64,000 nt of DNA from positions 99,418 through 163,417 of the forward strand of contig PLCJ01000001.1 in NCBI GenBank assembly GCA_003135635.1. Direction: 5' to 3'. This document shows positions 28,474 through 37,885 of this stretch, piece after piece. The DNA comes from Candidatus Adlerbacteria bacterium (lineage in GTDB: Bacteria; Patescibacteriota; Minisyncoccia; Phycocordibacterales; SBAW01). The notes beneath the pieces were generated by a model, which saw only the letters and a program-made list of their open reading frames with translations, was not told the origin of the DNA and did no database searches. A program made the position numbers and the translations under genes. Within the stretch, counting starts at the first letter, position 1. Each line of letters begins with the position of its first letter.

Positions 28474-29193
28474 ATGGAACCAACGCTTCTCTACGAGGAT
28501 GAAGCACTTATTGTCATTGATAAGCCAAGCGGACTGGCAGTTCATACTGACGGTACACATGCGTATCCGCTCCTCACCGACTGGCTTCTCAAAAAGTATC
28601 CAGAAATCGCTCAGGTCGGTGAACCTCAAACACTTGCAAGTGGAGAGGTAATTGAGCGACCGGGTATCGTGCACCGTCTTGATAGGGAGACATCGGGTAT
28701 TATGGTTATTGCTCGTACACCGAGGGCCTTTGAAAATCTCAAACAGCAATTCAAAAACCATACCGTGCATAAGATATATCGGGCATTTGTACACGGCTCG
28801 CTTAAAGATGAACGCGGTATTATCGACAAACCAATAGGAAGCGGACGCAACGGACGCGCTCCACGCTCGGCGCGTACACCCCATGGAGCAATGCGCGAGG
28901 CGGTTACTATGTACCGTGTTATTGCTCGCTCTGCTAAGGGTAGTTACGTTGAGGCATTTCCAAAGACGGGAAGAACCCACCAAATACGCGTTCACTTCTC
29001 TCTTATCCAACACCCGGTAGTGCACGATTCCTTATATGCACCAGGAAGGGAAGCACTTTTCGGTTTTACTCGCTTAGCGCTTCATGCACTCTCTCTTTCT
29101 TTTGTGCACCCAACAACTGAAGTAAAAATATTTTTTGAAGCTCCCTTACCACCTGATTTTCTTAAAGCGGAAAAACTTTTGCGTCTGACATAA
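28474..29193 (+). CDS. RluA/RluD family pseudouridine synthase
   Basis: 'VIDKPSGL', 'GIVHRLDRETSG', 'TGRTHQIRVH'. Confidence 0.95.
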   Translation: MEPTLLYEDEALIVIDKPSGLAVHTDGTHAYPLLTDWLLKKYPEIAQVGEPQTLASGEVIERPGIVHRLDRETSGIMVIARTPRAFENLKQQFKNHTVHKIYRAFVHGSLKDERGIIDKPIGSGRNGRAPRSARTPHGAMREAVTMYRVIARSAKGSYVEAFPKTGRTHQIRVHFSLIQHPVVHDSLYAPGREALFGFTRLALHALSLSFVHPTTEVKIFFEAPLPPDFLKAEKLLRLT

Positions 29194-29216
29194 AAACATG
29201 ATACGGTAGCGTGGCC

Positions 29217-29651
29217 ATGAAATCCTTAGTCCTCCATACGACTATTAACGCAAAAGAGCGTGCTGACCTTGGTATACGGGCAGGCGATACGGTCAGAGTG
29301 TGGCAAAAGATTATTGAAAAAGGGAAAGCTCGTCGCCAGGCGTTTGAGGGGTTAGTGCTTTCGATAAAACATGGCAGTGAGCCTGGAGCAATGTTTACCG
29401 TTCGTAAAGTCTCAAACGGTATTGGGGTTGAGAAAATTTTCCCCCTGTATTCTCCCTCTCTAGATTCTATTGAGATATTGCGCCGCGCCCACACTCGTCG
29501 CAGCAAACTGTACTTTATTCGTCGCAAAGCTGCCCGCGACATAAAACATGCAATGCGCAAATCACAACACTATACCGGAGCGGAATCAGAAGAGCTCACA
29601 AGTAAGGAAGAAGAGACTCCCACTCCTCAGGAGTCTGAAATTATCGCATAA
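29217..29651 (+). CDS. rplS: 50S ribosomal protein L19
   Basis: 'GDTVRV', 'QAFEG', 'FTVRKVSNGIGVE', 'RRSKLYFIR'. Confidence 0.97.
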   Translation: MKSLVLHTTINAKERADLGIRAGDTVRVWQKIIEKGKARRQAFEGLVLSIKHGSEPGAMFTVRKVSNGIGVEKIFPLYSPSLDSIEILRRAHTRRSKLYFIRRKAARDIKHAMRKSQHYTGAESEELTSKEEETPTPQESEIIA

Positions 29652-29664
29652 TACGGAGGTCCCT

Positions 29665-29746
29665 GCCCAGGTGGCGGAATTGGTATACGCGTATGCTTGA
29701 GGTGCATATGCCGCAAGGCTTGGAGGTTCGAGTCCTCTCCTGGGCA
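29665..29746 (+). tRNA. tRNA-Leu(GAG)
   Basis: GCCCAGG/CCTGGGC acceptor; TATGC-TTGAGGT-GCATA; variable arm. Confidence 0.95.
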
Positions 29747-29787
29747 CAAATAGGATTTTAGGAAGTATGATGAGAAGTGCTATACAT

Positions 29788-29860
29788 GGCGGCTATGGTG
29801 TAACGGTTAACACTGGAGCTTGTGGAGCTCTCGATCAGGGTTCGATTCCCTGTAGCCGCC
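29788..29860 (+). tRNA. tRNA-His(GUG) with encoded G-1
   Basis: G-GCGGCTA/TAGCCGC-C; GGAGC-TTGTGGA-GCTCT. Confidence 0.95.
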
Positions 29861-29975
29861 CAAGATAGGTCTTAATATAACTTCGAGTGCTTGTGCCGCG
29901 TCAGTTAGGTTATGTGTATCTCTTCGACCCCGATTTTTTCAGTTAAGTATTCTCAGTGCAATTTCCGTGTAGTCT

Positions 29976-30437
29976 TTAAGATAAGAACTTTCCGAGCTTA
30001 TCCAACTGCTGATTCCAGCCCGGCTCCATGCCTTGAAGCATCATGTCGGTTCCGGGCGCGTCGCCCGCGGCGCTTGTGATCACAGTCAGTTTTGTTTTGC
30101 CGCTCTCTTCTTCGAAAGTGATGGTAGTCACACCTGAAAGCAGTACGTTACCTGCTTCATCGAGCGCGTCATTGGAGAATACGAGCTTTTCGGACTCGAC
30201 GATTTCTGTAAAGACTCCTTTCATCGGCCACTTTTGCCCCGCGAGTGGTCCTAGTTCTTTGCCCGCAAGCATGACGATGTACAAAGTGCCACCTACACGC
30301 AGATCAACTTCGCTCGTTGGGATGGTGACGCCATTTGGGCCCCACCACTGCGCCAGTTCTTTAGGATCGGTCCATGCCTTCCATACACGCTCCCGCGAAG
30401 CGTCGAGTGTGCGCACAATAGTTATTTCCTTTTTCAT
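29976..30437 (-). CDS. SRPBCC/AHSA1 domain protein
   Basis: 'RTLDASRERVWKAWTDP..LAQWWGP', 'GWNQQLDKL'. Confidence 0.92.
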   Translation of the reverse strand: MKKEITIVRTLDASRERVWKAWTDPKELAQWWGPNGVTIPTSEVDLRVGGTLYIVMLAGKELGPLAGQKWPMKGVFTEIVESEKLVFSNDALDEAGNVLLSGVTTITFEEESGKTKLTVITSAAGDAPGTDMMLQGMEPGWNQQLDKLGKFLS

Positions 30438-30441
30438 ACGA

Positions 30442-30768
30442 TTATTTTTTCTTAATTAAATAAACTTCTAATCGATCCAAACGTTCTTCCCAAATCTTTC
30501 TATAACGCCTTAGATACTCCGAGGCGTCTTTGAGAGCTGTGGGGGAGAGACGGACAACCTGTTGCTTGCCGCGCCGGTGCTTATTGATCAGCTTGGCCTT
30601 TTCCAAAATTATGAGATGTTTAGAAATTGCCGCCAAGGTCACATTATATGGCTTTGCAATCTTGCTGACGGATAGCTCTTTGCGGCCCACCCGCTTGAGG
30701 ATATCGCGGCGAGTGGGATCGGCGAGGGAACCAAAGACTGCATCGAGTGTTTGGGTATGTTCAACCAT
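30442..30768 (-). CDS. ArsR family transcriptional regulator
   Basis: 'LDAVFGSLADPTRRDIL', 'AISKHL..LEKAKLI...RRG'. Confidence 0.93.
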   Translation of the reverse strand: MVEHTQTLDAVFGSLADPTRRDILKRVGRKELSVSKIAKPYNVTLAAISKHLIILEKAKLINKHRRGKQQVVRLSPTALKDASEYLRRYRKIWEERLDRLEVYLIKKK

Positions 30769-30805
30769 ATGGTTGAATGATAATCTCTCTCTACAGTTGA
30801 GTCAA
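30760..30805 (-). promoter_or_regulatory. ArsR operator palindrome and promoter
   Basis: Perfect 18-bp palindrome TTCAACCATATGGTTGAA (30760-30777) over the start codon; minus-strand TTGACT-N17-TATCAT. Confidence 0.8.
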
Positions 30806-30853
30806 GCCCAATTTCCCCTTGTGGGGAAGGAAGTTTTGCGCTACCGTTGAGTC

Positions 30854-31543
30854 ATGGCAAAACTCCAGCACCTTGAACTTTCCCAACCCGTTGCGATTGT
30901 CATTGCCGGTATTATTATCGCCGCATCAATTATTTTTACTAACTATTATCGACCTCCACAAAATACTGCACAGGCTGCTGCCCAACAGTTACCCCTGAGC
31001 GTACATGTACGTCCTCCCTCTGCCAGTGACCACATTATAGGTTCCCCGAATGCCCCCATTGTGCTTATTGAGTACAGCGATTTCCAGTGCCCGTACTGTC
31101 AAATGATATATCCGACGCTTAAAAAAATTGTAAGTGACTCAAACGGTCAGATCGCATGGGTGATGCGCGATTTTCCTCTCTATCAAATCCATCCGCAGGC
31201 GGAAAGTGCTGCAAATGCCGCCGAGTGTATTGCTGCCCAGACCGGTAACGCCGGTTTTTGGAAGTTTGCCGATACGGTGTTTGCCGATCAAAGCAATCTT
31301 GGGTCTAGTCTCTACGCGCAGATAGCGCAAAGCGCAGGCGTCAATATGCAGCAATATAACGCATGTGTTACTGCAAAGACCTATCAAAGCCGCATTGATA
31401 CTGATGAAGCAGAAGCACAAGCAAATGGGGGCCAAGGAACACCCTATACTATTGTGTATGGTCATGGCCTTGAGGTTCCTATTTCTGGCGCATTACCGTA
31501 TACTGAAATTGTGTCGGTTATACAGACAGTAGAAGCGCATTAA
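30854..31543 (+). CDS. DsbA family thiol-disulfide oxidoreductase
   Basis: 'EYSDFQCPYC', 'RDFPL..IHPQA', 'GTP'. Confidence 0.93.
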   Translation: MAKLQHLELSQPVAIVIAGIIIAASIIFTNYYRPPQNTAQAAAQQLPLSVHVRPPSASDHIIGSPNAPIVLIEYSDFQCPYCQMIYPTLKKIVSDSNGQIAWVMRDFPLYQIHPQAESAANAAECIAAQTGNAGFWKFADTVFADQSNLGSSLYAQIAQSAGVNMQQYNACVTAKTYQSRIDTDEAEAQANGGQGTPYTIVYGHGLEVPISGALPYTEIVSVIQTVEAH

Positions 31544-31547
31544 TCCT

Positions 31548-32387
31548 ATGGAAAATCTTTTTGAAGGTTCAATTGGAAAAAAGTTGCGCATAGCGCTTTT
31601 GGCTGCGGTTGTACTTCTTGGTATATTTCTGGCGCTCCAAGCGCTCGCTGCTCTTGTTGGCTTGCGTTATATCGGGGCTGGAATTATCGCGACCAACACC
31701 ATTGTGGTTTCGGGCCACGGTGAAGCGTTCGGTGTGCCCGATATTGCCACGTTTGATTTCTCTGTTGTCTCTGATAAACCAACCGTTGCGGCAGCTCAAG
31801 CAGATGCTACCAAAAAAATAAATGCAATAATTAATTATTTGACCGGTGCGGGTGTTGCCAAGGCAGACATTCAAACGAGCAATTATTCAGTTCAGCCACA
31901 ATACCAATATCAGCAACAAGCGTGCCCGAACATACGCACGGTGCTCTCAAATTCAAATGTGCAGCTATATCCAAATCCTTGTCCGCCGGGCAAACAAATA
32001 CTTACCGGGTATGAAGTGAACCAAAGTACTACAGTGAAAGTGCGCGATATCACCAAAGCAGGTGATCTTCTTACGGGGGTAGGAAGCGCGGGAGCAACTC
32101 AAGTAAGTGGGCTCACGCTTACTTTTGATAATCCTCACACGGTGCAAGATGCCGCTCGCAATAACGCAATTACGGATGCCAAATCAAAGGCAGACACGCT
32201 CGCCAAATCGCTCGGCATTTCCCTCGTGCGCGTCGTAGCGTTTAGCGAAAATACCGGAGGCGGCCCCATCCCCATGGCATACAGCGCGGGATTAGGAGCG
32301 GTGTCAGCAAGCGTTCCCGCTCCAGTAATTTCACCTGGTCAAACCAAAGTAACTGATGATGTCTCGATAACCTACGAAATTCGCTAG
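31548..32387 (+). CDS. SIMPL/DUF541 domain protein
   Basis: 'IVVSGHGE...PDIA', 'DIQTSNYSVQPQY', 'AKSKADTLA'. Confidence 0.9.
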   Translation: MENLFEGSIGKKLRIALLAAVVLLGIFLALQALAALVGLRYIGAGIIATNTIVVSGHGEAFGVPDIATFDFSVVSDKPTVAAAQADATKKINAIINYLTGAGVAKADIQTSNYSVQPQYQYQQQACPNIRTVLSNSNVQLYPNPCPPGKQILTGYEVNQSTTVKVRDITKAGDLLTGVGSAGATQVSGLTLTFDNPHTVQDAARNNAITDAKSKADTLAKSLGISLVRVVAFSENTGGGPIPMAYSAGLGAVSASVPAPVISPGQTKVTDDVSITYEIR

Positions 32388-32474
32388 GTTTCTTGACTAT
32401 ATTTCTTTCTGCAGTAGTATAGAAAAACAAGGCCGCAGGAAGGCCTTTTTTCTTAGGAAGAATATATCAATCAT

Positions 32475-32645
32475 ATGCTGAACTATCTACGAGAAGTACG
32501 TGCCGAGCTTCGCCATGTCAGCTGGCCCAGTCGCCGCCAGACCATAACCTACACAATAGTAGTAATTATCGTTACACTTATTACCGCTACGTATTTGGGT
32601 CTGTGGGATTATCTCTTTGCTGCGCTTATCCAGCGCATTGCCTAA
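32475..32645 (+). CDS. secE: Preprotein translocase SecE (absent from ORF track)
   Basis: MLNYLREVRAELRHVSWPSRRQT...LGLWD; directly upstream of nusG. Confidence 0.95.
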   Translation: MLNYLREVRAELRHVSWPSRRQTITYTIVVIIVTLITATYLGLWDYLFAALIQRIA

Positions 32646-32652
32646 TTTTTTT

Positions 32653-33204
32653 ATGGCAAAACAAGATGCAAGTGTTGGTCGAGCGTGGTACGCGATACAT
32701 ACCTATGCAGGGTATGAAAATGCGGTTGCCCGCAATCTGCGGCAGCGTATCGAATCCCTTGGGCTGCAAAACAAAATCTTCAATGTCGTAGTGCCCACCG
32801 AACGCACGGTGAAGATCAAGGGCGGTCGTCGCGTTGAAGAGGAAGAAAAGATCTATCCAGGATATGTGCTAGTTGATATGTATGTCGATGATCAGTCATG
32901 GCATGTCGTGCGCAATACACCCCGGGTCACTGGTTTTGTGGGCAGCGGTGTTAATGCAGTGCCGCTTAAACAATCGGAAGTGGAAGAACTTCTTGGCCGT
33001 ATGCATGAAGCAGAAGGCTCGGTGAGGCACGCTATTGATCTCACTGCGGGCGATTCGGTCGTGATTGTTGACGGACCATTTAAAGAACTTGACGGTAAGG
33101 TGGGGGAAGTGGATCAAAGCCGCGGCAAGGTCAAAGTGCTCGTGGCGATGTTTGGCCGCGAAACTCCAGTGGAGCTCGATTTTTTGCAAGTGAAGCGCAT
33201 ATAA
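32653..33204 (+). CDS. nusG: Transcription factor NusG
   Basis: 'WYAIHTYAGYE', 'YPGYVLV', 'VRNTPRVTGFVG', KOW 'FGRETPVEL'. Confidence 0.98.
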   Translation: MAKQDASVGRAWYAIHTYAGYENAVARNLRQRIESLGLQNKIFNVVVPTERTVKIKGGRRVEEEEKIYPGYVLVDMYVDDQSWHVVRNTPRVTGFVGSGVNAVPLKQSEVEELLGRMHEAEGSVRHAIDLTAGDSVVIVDGPFKELDGKVGEVDQSRGKVKVLVAMFGRETPVELDFLQVKRI

Positions 33205-33221
33205 GGTAGTATTTTCCATCC

Positions 33222-33644
33222 ATGGCAAAGAAAATAACTAAAAAGATAAAGATTATTGCTCCCGGTGGAGCAGCTATCCTCACTCCTGCAATGGGACAGG
33301 TGTTGGGACCTGCAGGCATCAATATCGGCGAGTTTGTGAAGCGTTTTAATGAAGCTTCTAAAGACATGAAGGGTGATCTTGTCCCAGCGGAGATTACGGT
33401 GTACCAAGATCGAACCTATGATTTCGTGCTCAAAACTCCGCCCGCGTCCTCACTTATTCTTAAAGCAATTGACAAAGAAAAAGGTTCAGGAAAACCAAGT
33501 ATTTCAAAAATTGGGACCATTTCTAAAGAAAATGTGCGTGAAATCGCTCAAAAGAAAATGCGCGATCTCAATGCTAATGATCTTGATGCAGCAATGAAGA
33601 TCATCGCAGGCTCGGCTCGCTCCATGGGAGTGGACATTAAGTAG
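33222..33644 (+). CDS. rplK: 50S ribosomal protein L11
   Basis: 'GINIGEFVKRFN', 'KTPPAS', 'DLNA', 'GSARSMG'. Confidence 0.97.
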   Translation: MAKKITKKIKIIAPGGAAILTPAMGQVLGPAGINIGEFVKRFNEASKDMKGDLVPAEITVYQDRTYDFVLKTPPASSLILKAIDKEKGSGKPSISKIGTISKENVREIAQKKMRDLNANDLDAAMKIIAGSARSMGVDIK

Positions 33645-34287
33645 CCTTTTTCTTTTTAGGTGGTGCCCATCTGGTAAATTTAAGAATCTGAAGCTCAAAA
33701 GGCGTCACCTTGCGCAGGCGGGGGATCATTTTTTTGGGGAGCACGGGGAAATGCGGAGATGCATCCAGATCCTCTGCAAGCCAATTTAGATTCTTCTCCG
33801 CAATGAGCCACTTCTCTACGGGATAGCGCCTGAGGTCAAAGGGTTTTGAAAATGTACGGAATGATTTTTTCCCGTCGTGTAAAAAATATTCGTGAAAGTA
33901 CGACATCGCGAGTTCGCGGATGTTTTTATATATAGGATCGCGCCACTGGAGTATCATATGATTTGTCATGCTTATGGCGCCCCACAAACTCTCTTCTTTA
34001 AAGACCGTAATCACATGGTCTTCATCCGAGGGAAGAGTTTGGAAATCGAGCAAAAGGGGAGGATATCCATGATATCCGAGTACCGCAGCGGCAAATAGTG
34101 CGCCTTCTATACAATGCGCTTTTCTCTCCCTCAGTACTCTGCGGGGGGAGTAAAAGGTCTCTCCTTTTTCTTCAAAATTTATGGCAGTAGCATCTAAAAA
34201 ATCCTGTATTTTTTTTGGAGAGGTGAGTTTTGCAAACACTTTTCGTTCCTTTGGATTAAGAAATTCCTTGATTTTCTGCGCATACAT
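33637..34287 (-). CDS. Hypothetical protein, transglutaminase-like Cys-His pattern
   Basis: 'SPRRVLRERKAHCIEGALFAAA', 'DEDHV', 'ELAMSYFHEY'. Confidence 0.65.
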   Translation of the reverse strand: MYAQKIKEFLNPKERKVFAKLTSPKKIQDFLDATAINFEEKGETFYSPRRVLRERKAHCIEGALFAAAVLGYHGYPPLLLDFQTLPSDEDHVITVFKEESLWGAISMTNHMILQWRDPIYKNIRELAMSYFHEYFLHDGKKSFRTFSKPFDLRRYPVEKWLIAEKNLNWLAEDLDASPHFPVLPKKMIPRLRKVTPFELQILKFTRWAPPKKKKAT

Positions 34288-34322
34288 GTACCCTTATTAT
34301 AATCTACAATTAATTTCTGTAG

Positions 34323-35684
34323 CTATTTTTCTACAATATCGTGCTCACCACGCTTGATATCAAAGCGGTCTTCGCTTCTATCGATATAAAGTGTAAGACC
34401 AAATGTTTCAAGAAGGAGTACGCCGATCTCCTGTGCGACGCGCCGCAAGGTTGGATGGACTGAAATACCTGAGCGCAGCTCCACAAGCCACGTGAGCCCG
34501 GGCAAATCGCCGGTCAGACGGCATGGCACGGAGTATCCCATAGGGATGTAGTATTGCCGATACACTGGCGCAATAGAGAGCTTGTTGAGGGCCGCGCGCT
34601 GTTTTTGTAGAACGCTCAAGGCTTTTTTCCGGAGCTCTTGGGGCATTTGATCGAGATACCATGGAGCAAATTCCCAAGAGTTAGTAAGAAGCGGCATACG
34701 CTGGGTCACAGCTCGATGTCGTTGAAGGTCGCGGAAGGAGCCAAAATCTAAAAAAAACAAGAAACGTATGCTCCCACACTCTGCGAGAAATCTCGGCAAC
34801 TCTGCTTTGATTGGACGATTGGATAGTATCGGTGCATATCTGGCAAGAAGATTTCTGTCTATACCATCACGCTCCACCCGAACGCCAGAGAAAAAGGAGA
34901 TAGGCTCGGAAGTGTTTTGAGTGTTGAGATCAAAGTAGTATGATTCCTTCATCCACTCAGAGACATACTGCTCCGTTGCTTCATAGCGTTTCTGTTTGAA
35001 GGAATTTGGATACATGGTGTTGAGCGCTTCTTCGATAGTGAGGGCTATGGCACGCACTTCATCAAGCGGATGATTTCGCAGGCGAAGCAAGTGATCAGCT
35101 GCATGTCGCAGAGTAGTGTGCCACGCGAGGTTTGTTGCCATACCTGCGGGTAAAAAGCTACGCATAATATCAAAAGCGCGCGCGTTAATTGCTTTTTTCC
35201 ACTTCTTTTCGTCTTCTTCCCCACGAGGATGACGGTCCATAAGCTCTTCTTTCATTGTCGCAAGTCCTTCGGTGTGAAAGGTACGCAATGATTCTGATAA
35301 TTCACTTGCAGATTCATCAGGACTTATAAACGGTTGCGTAGAAAAGTCGACATAACGTGTCGAAGATTCTTGCCCGTTATACAGTTGAGAATCTTGGATA
35401 GCTTTAGCGGCCAGCATGGAAACACCTTCGATAAAAACGGTTGCTGTGCCGCAATCGCCGATCGATTTATCGCCATAGCCTATATAGTAAGTATCCATGA
35501 ACTGCGCAGCGCCTTTTTGCGCAAGTTTCATAAGATGGGCATCTATTCCATGTACAGAGCGAGAATGTAATGCTTGAAGCATTGCTGCTGCCTCCGCAGT
35601 GATGAGTGCACCAGTATCAAGCACGACCACCTGACCACCTCCTTGTAGAGGTTGTCGTACGTGGCGAAGATCCTCTAAGTGCAT
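34323..35684 (-). CDS. thyX: FAD-dependent thymidylate synthase (long tandem Thy1 form)
   Basis: 'ESSTRYVDF', 'RAFDIMRSFLP', 'FRDLQRHR', 'VELRS....HP'; clustered with dcd/tmk/dut. Confidence 0.85.
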   Translation of the reverse strand: MHLEDLRHVRQPLQGGGQVVVLDTGALITAEAAAMLQALHSRSVHGIDAHLMKLAQKGAAQFMDTYYIGYGDKSIGDCGTATVFIEGVSMLAAKAIQDSQLYNGQESSTRYVDFSTQPFISPDESASELSESLRTFHTEGLATMKEELMDRHPRGEEDEKKWKKAINARAFDIMRSFLPAGMATNLAWHTTLRHAADHLLRLRNHPLDEVRAIALTIEEALNTMYPNSFKQKRYEATEQYVSEWMKESYYFDLNTQNTSEPISFFSGVRVERDGIDRNLLARYAPILSNRPIKAELPRFLAECGSIRFLFFLDFGSFRDLQRHRAVTQRMPLLTNSWEFAPWYLDQMPQELRKKALSVLQKQRAALNKLSIAPVYRQYYIPMGYSVPCRLTGDLPGLTWLVELRSGISVHPTLRRVAQEIGVLLLETFGLTLYIDRSEDRFDIKRGEHDIVEK

Positions 35685-35696
35685 GGTGTATCGCTG

Positions 35697-36371
35697 CTAC
35701 CTTTTTTTAATATCCTTATCAAGATAGAGACGAGGGAGCATCATCGTGGGTTTCCAACTTTTTTTGATAGAAGAAAGTATGTCGGTGCTTTGATATTTAC
35801 CTCTGTGGGTGTAATCTCTCGCAAGAATAGGCCCCGTTTCAAAAAAGATTATTTGCGCGATGCGTCGTCCCACGACAAGGGGAATGTGATAGCGAGTAGA
35901 GTTGTTAGTAATTTCCATAGTCCAGCGATTAATATACCCGACATCCCCCCATCCAGCGCATTTGCACACTTCTATAAAACTTCGTCCCAAGCTTGAGCGT
36001 GCTTTCATCATGGTAGTAATATGTTCTCTGCCACCAATAAACTCTTCGGTATGTGCCAGTACTGTTTCTCCCGGCGCAAGAAGAATAATTCTATCTTCAG
36101 GAGTGATGCCAGTGAAATCGAATCGATAATTTTTAAGTGTTTCGCGCGCTGTTTTTGCTCGGCATGGTTTTGTACCCCAAACTCGCGTGACGTGTTTTTT
36201 GTCGTAAATGTTATAAAGATTTTCAAAGTTAGACGGATGTTGTTCGATAAAGAAGTATTCCCCAAGCGTTACATCATAACTTGAGGTCGAGAGATTTCTT
36301 CGCTTAAACGGCTCAATGACAATCGAACCCTCTCGCATGTTCTTTAAAATATTTTTATCCGAAAGTGCCAT
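35697..36371 (-). CDS. dcd: dCTP deaminase
   Basis: 'LSDKNI', 'SYDVTLG', 'ARSSLGR', 'GDVGYINRWTMEITN', 'IAQIIF'. Confidence 0.9.
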   Translation of the reverse strand: MALSDKNILKNMREGSIVIEPFKRRNLSTSSYDVTLGEYFFIEQHPSNFENLYNIYDKKHVTRVWGTKPCRAKTARETLKNYRFDFTGITPEDRIILLAPGETVLAHTEEFIGGREHITTMMKARSSLGRSFIEVCKCAGWGDVGYINRWTMEITNNSTRYHIPLVVGRRIAQIIFFETGPILARDYTHRGKYQSTDILSSIKKSWKPTMMLPRLYLDKDIKKR

Positions 36372-36445
36372 GATTGAGCGGAGTATAACATACGGCTCTT
36401 CGTGGAATATGGTTGCCCCTTAGGAGAGCCTATAGTATAGATACA

Positions 36446-37090
36446 ATGATGAAAGGCAGGCTTCTTATATTTGAGGGCGGAGAAGGTTCCGGTAAATCGT
36501 ATATGGCAAAAATGGCCGTTGAGAAGCTCAATGTTCAAGGTATAAAAACACTGTGGACCCGTGAACCAGGGGGCTCTGTTTTTGCTGAGAAAATCCGCAA
36601 GTTGATTTTATCCGACCATGCAATGCATGCGGACGCAGAAACCATGTTTGGGCTTTTCTGGGCAGCCCGACGTGACCACATTGTGCATAAGATTAAACCA
36701 GCGCTCGAAGAAGGCACGCACGTGCTGTGCGAGCGCTTTGATTCCTCCACCTGGGCATACCAAATTAGGGGACAGCAACAGGGGCAGCTGCGACATTTGT
36801 TTCTTAAAATGCGCAAGCATTATCTTGCTCAAATTCACCCTTCTGCCTACATTCTTTTGAATGTTGATCCAAAAATTGGGCTGCAACGCGTGAAAAAGAG
36901 AACAGAAAGAAAACAAACCCATTTTGATAAACGTAATCTAGAGTTCCATCAACGGGTAAACGATGGACTTATCGAGTTTGTCACTCATATTTCGGATCAT
37001 ATCTATATAATCATTGATGCGAATCGACCTCGGCGTGTAGTTGCAACAGCAGTAATGGATACGCTACATCGCTTGCTCTCACTAGACTAA
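36446..37090 (+). CDS. tmk: Thymidylate kinase
   Basis: 'IFEGGEGSGKS', 'TREPGG', 'ERFDSSTWAYQ'. Confidence 0.96.
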   Translation: MMKGRLLIFEGGEGSGKSYMAKMAVEKLNVQGIKTLWTREPGGSVFAEKIRKLILSDHAMHADAETMFGLFWAARRDHIVHKIKPALEEGTHVLCERFDSSTWAYQIRGQQQGQLRHLFLKMRKHYLAQIHPSAYILLNVDPKIGLQRVKKRTERKQTHFDKRNLEFHQRVNDGLIEFVTHISDHIYIIIDANRPRRVVATAVMDTLHRLLSLD

Positions 37091-37193
37091 GCTCTTTCCA
37101 CCGCACTCGGCGTTTGACCTATGGTGCAAAGAAAAAAGTGGATAACTATTAAAATCTATTTTTAATATGTTCTTATAGTAGAGGAGTTCTGCA

Positions 37194-37376
37194 ATGTTGA
37201 ACTACCTTTCGCTAAATCTCAAAGTGAGGTCTACGGTGGCTGGTCTCCTTGTGTTCGAGTCTCTGGCCGACGCTCTGCGTGCCGGCTTTCAGATTTATGA
37301 TCGCATCCAAGACGGATACTTGGTACGAACCCGAACTCCAACTGGCTGGGCAATGGCCATTGTCAACTGCAAGTAA
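37194..37376 (+). CDS. Small hypothetical protein (60 aa)
   Basis: SD GAGGAG before ATG; globular-looking 'VFESLADALRAGFQIYDR...GYLVRTRT..GWAMAIV'; hairpin at ~37443-37478 downstream. Confidence 0.7.
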   Translation: MLNYLSLNLKVRSTVAGLLVFESLADALRAGFQIYDRIQDGYLVRTRTPTGWAMAIVNCK

Positions 37377-37494
37377 CGATTCCATCGACGTGTCGGGGGA
37401 GTCGATACAAGATGTTCCTGCCACAGCTGGTAGCAGCAAACCGAGGCCGTCCCGAGTATTTTCTTACCGGGCGGCCTCACTTATAATAGCCTCT

Positions 37495-37815
37495 ATGGTC
37501 ACGCATCCTTATCACACAGCTAATTGTCCAGAAGCAAAAGGGAAGGTCGGACCTACTCTGGGAATACTAGCTACCCTTGCTGGCATAATCGGACCGTTCA
37601 ACATTATTCCGCAGATAGTGGAGATATTTCAAACAAAGAGTATAGCCAATGTATCGCTTTTAACGTATTCAATTGTAATTGCTATCCAGGTTGTATGGCT
37701 TGTATATGCTCTTAAGCTTTCTCTTCGTCCGCTGATCATTTCCAGTCTTGTTGTTCTAGTCTTAAGTGGTGTAATTATATTTCAATTCTTTTTATATGGT
37801 GGTTTGAGAGTATAA
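37495..37815 (+). CDS. SemiSWEET/PQ-loop transporter
   Basis: 'IPQIVEIFQTKS..NVSL', 'WLVY', three TM helices; TATAAT-7 nt-ATG. Confidence 0.85.
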   Translation: MVTHPYHTANCPEAKGKVGPTLGILATLAGIIGPFNIIPQIVEIFQTKSIANVSLLTYSIVIAIQVVWLVYALKLSLRPLIISSLVVLVLSGVIIFQFFLYGGLRV

Positions 37816-37885
37816 ATTAATTTACCTCGTCGCTTCTTCCCATATGAAAAAAGGTTTAGATTATACAGGTATCTGCTAAAGAAAG

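Noticed and set aside
37130-37150. Isolated DnaA box (AGTGGATAA)
   Set aside because: A single one-mismatch copy is expected by chance.
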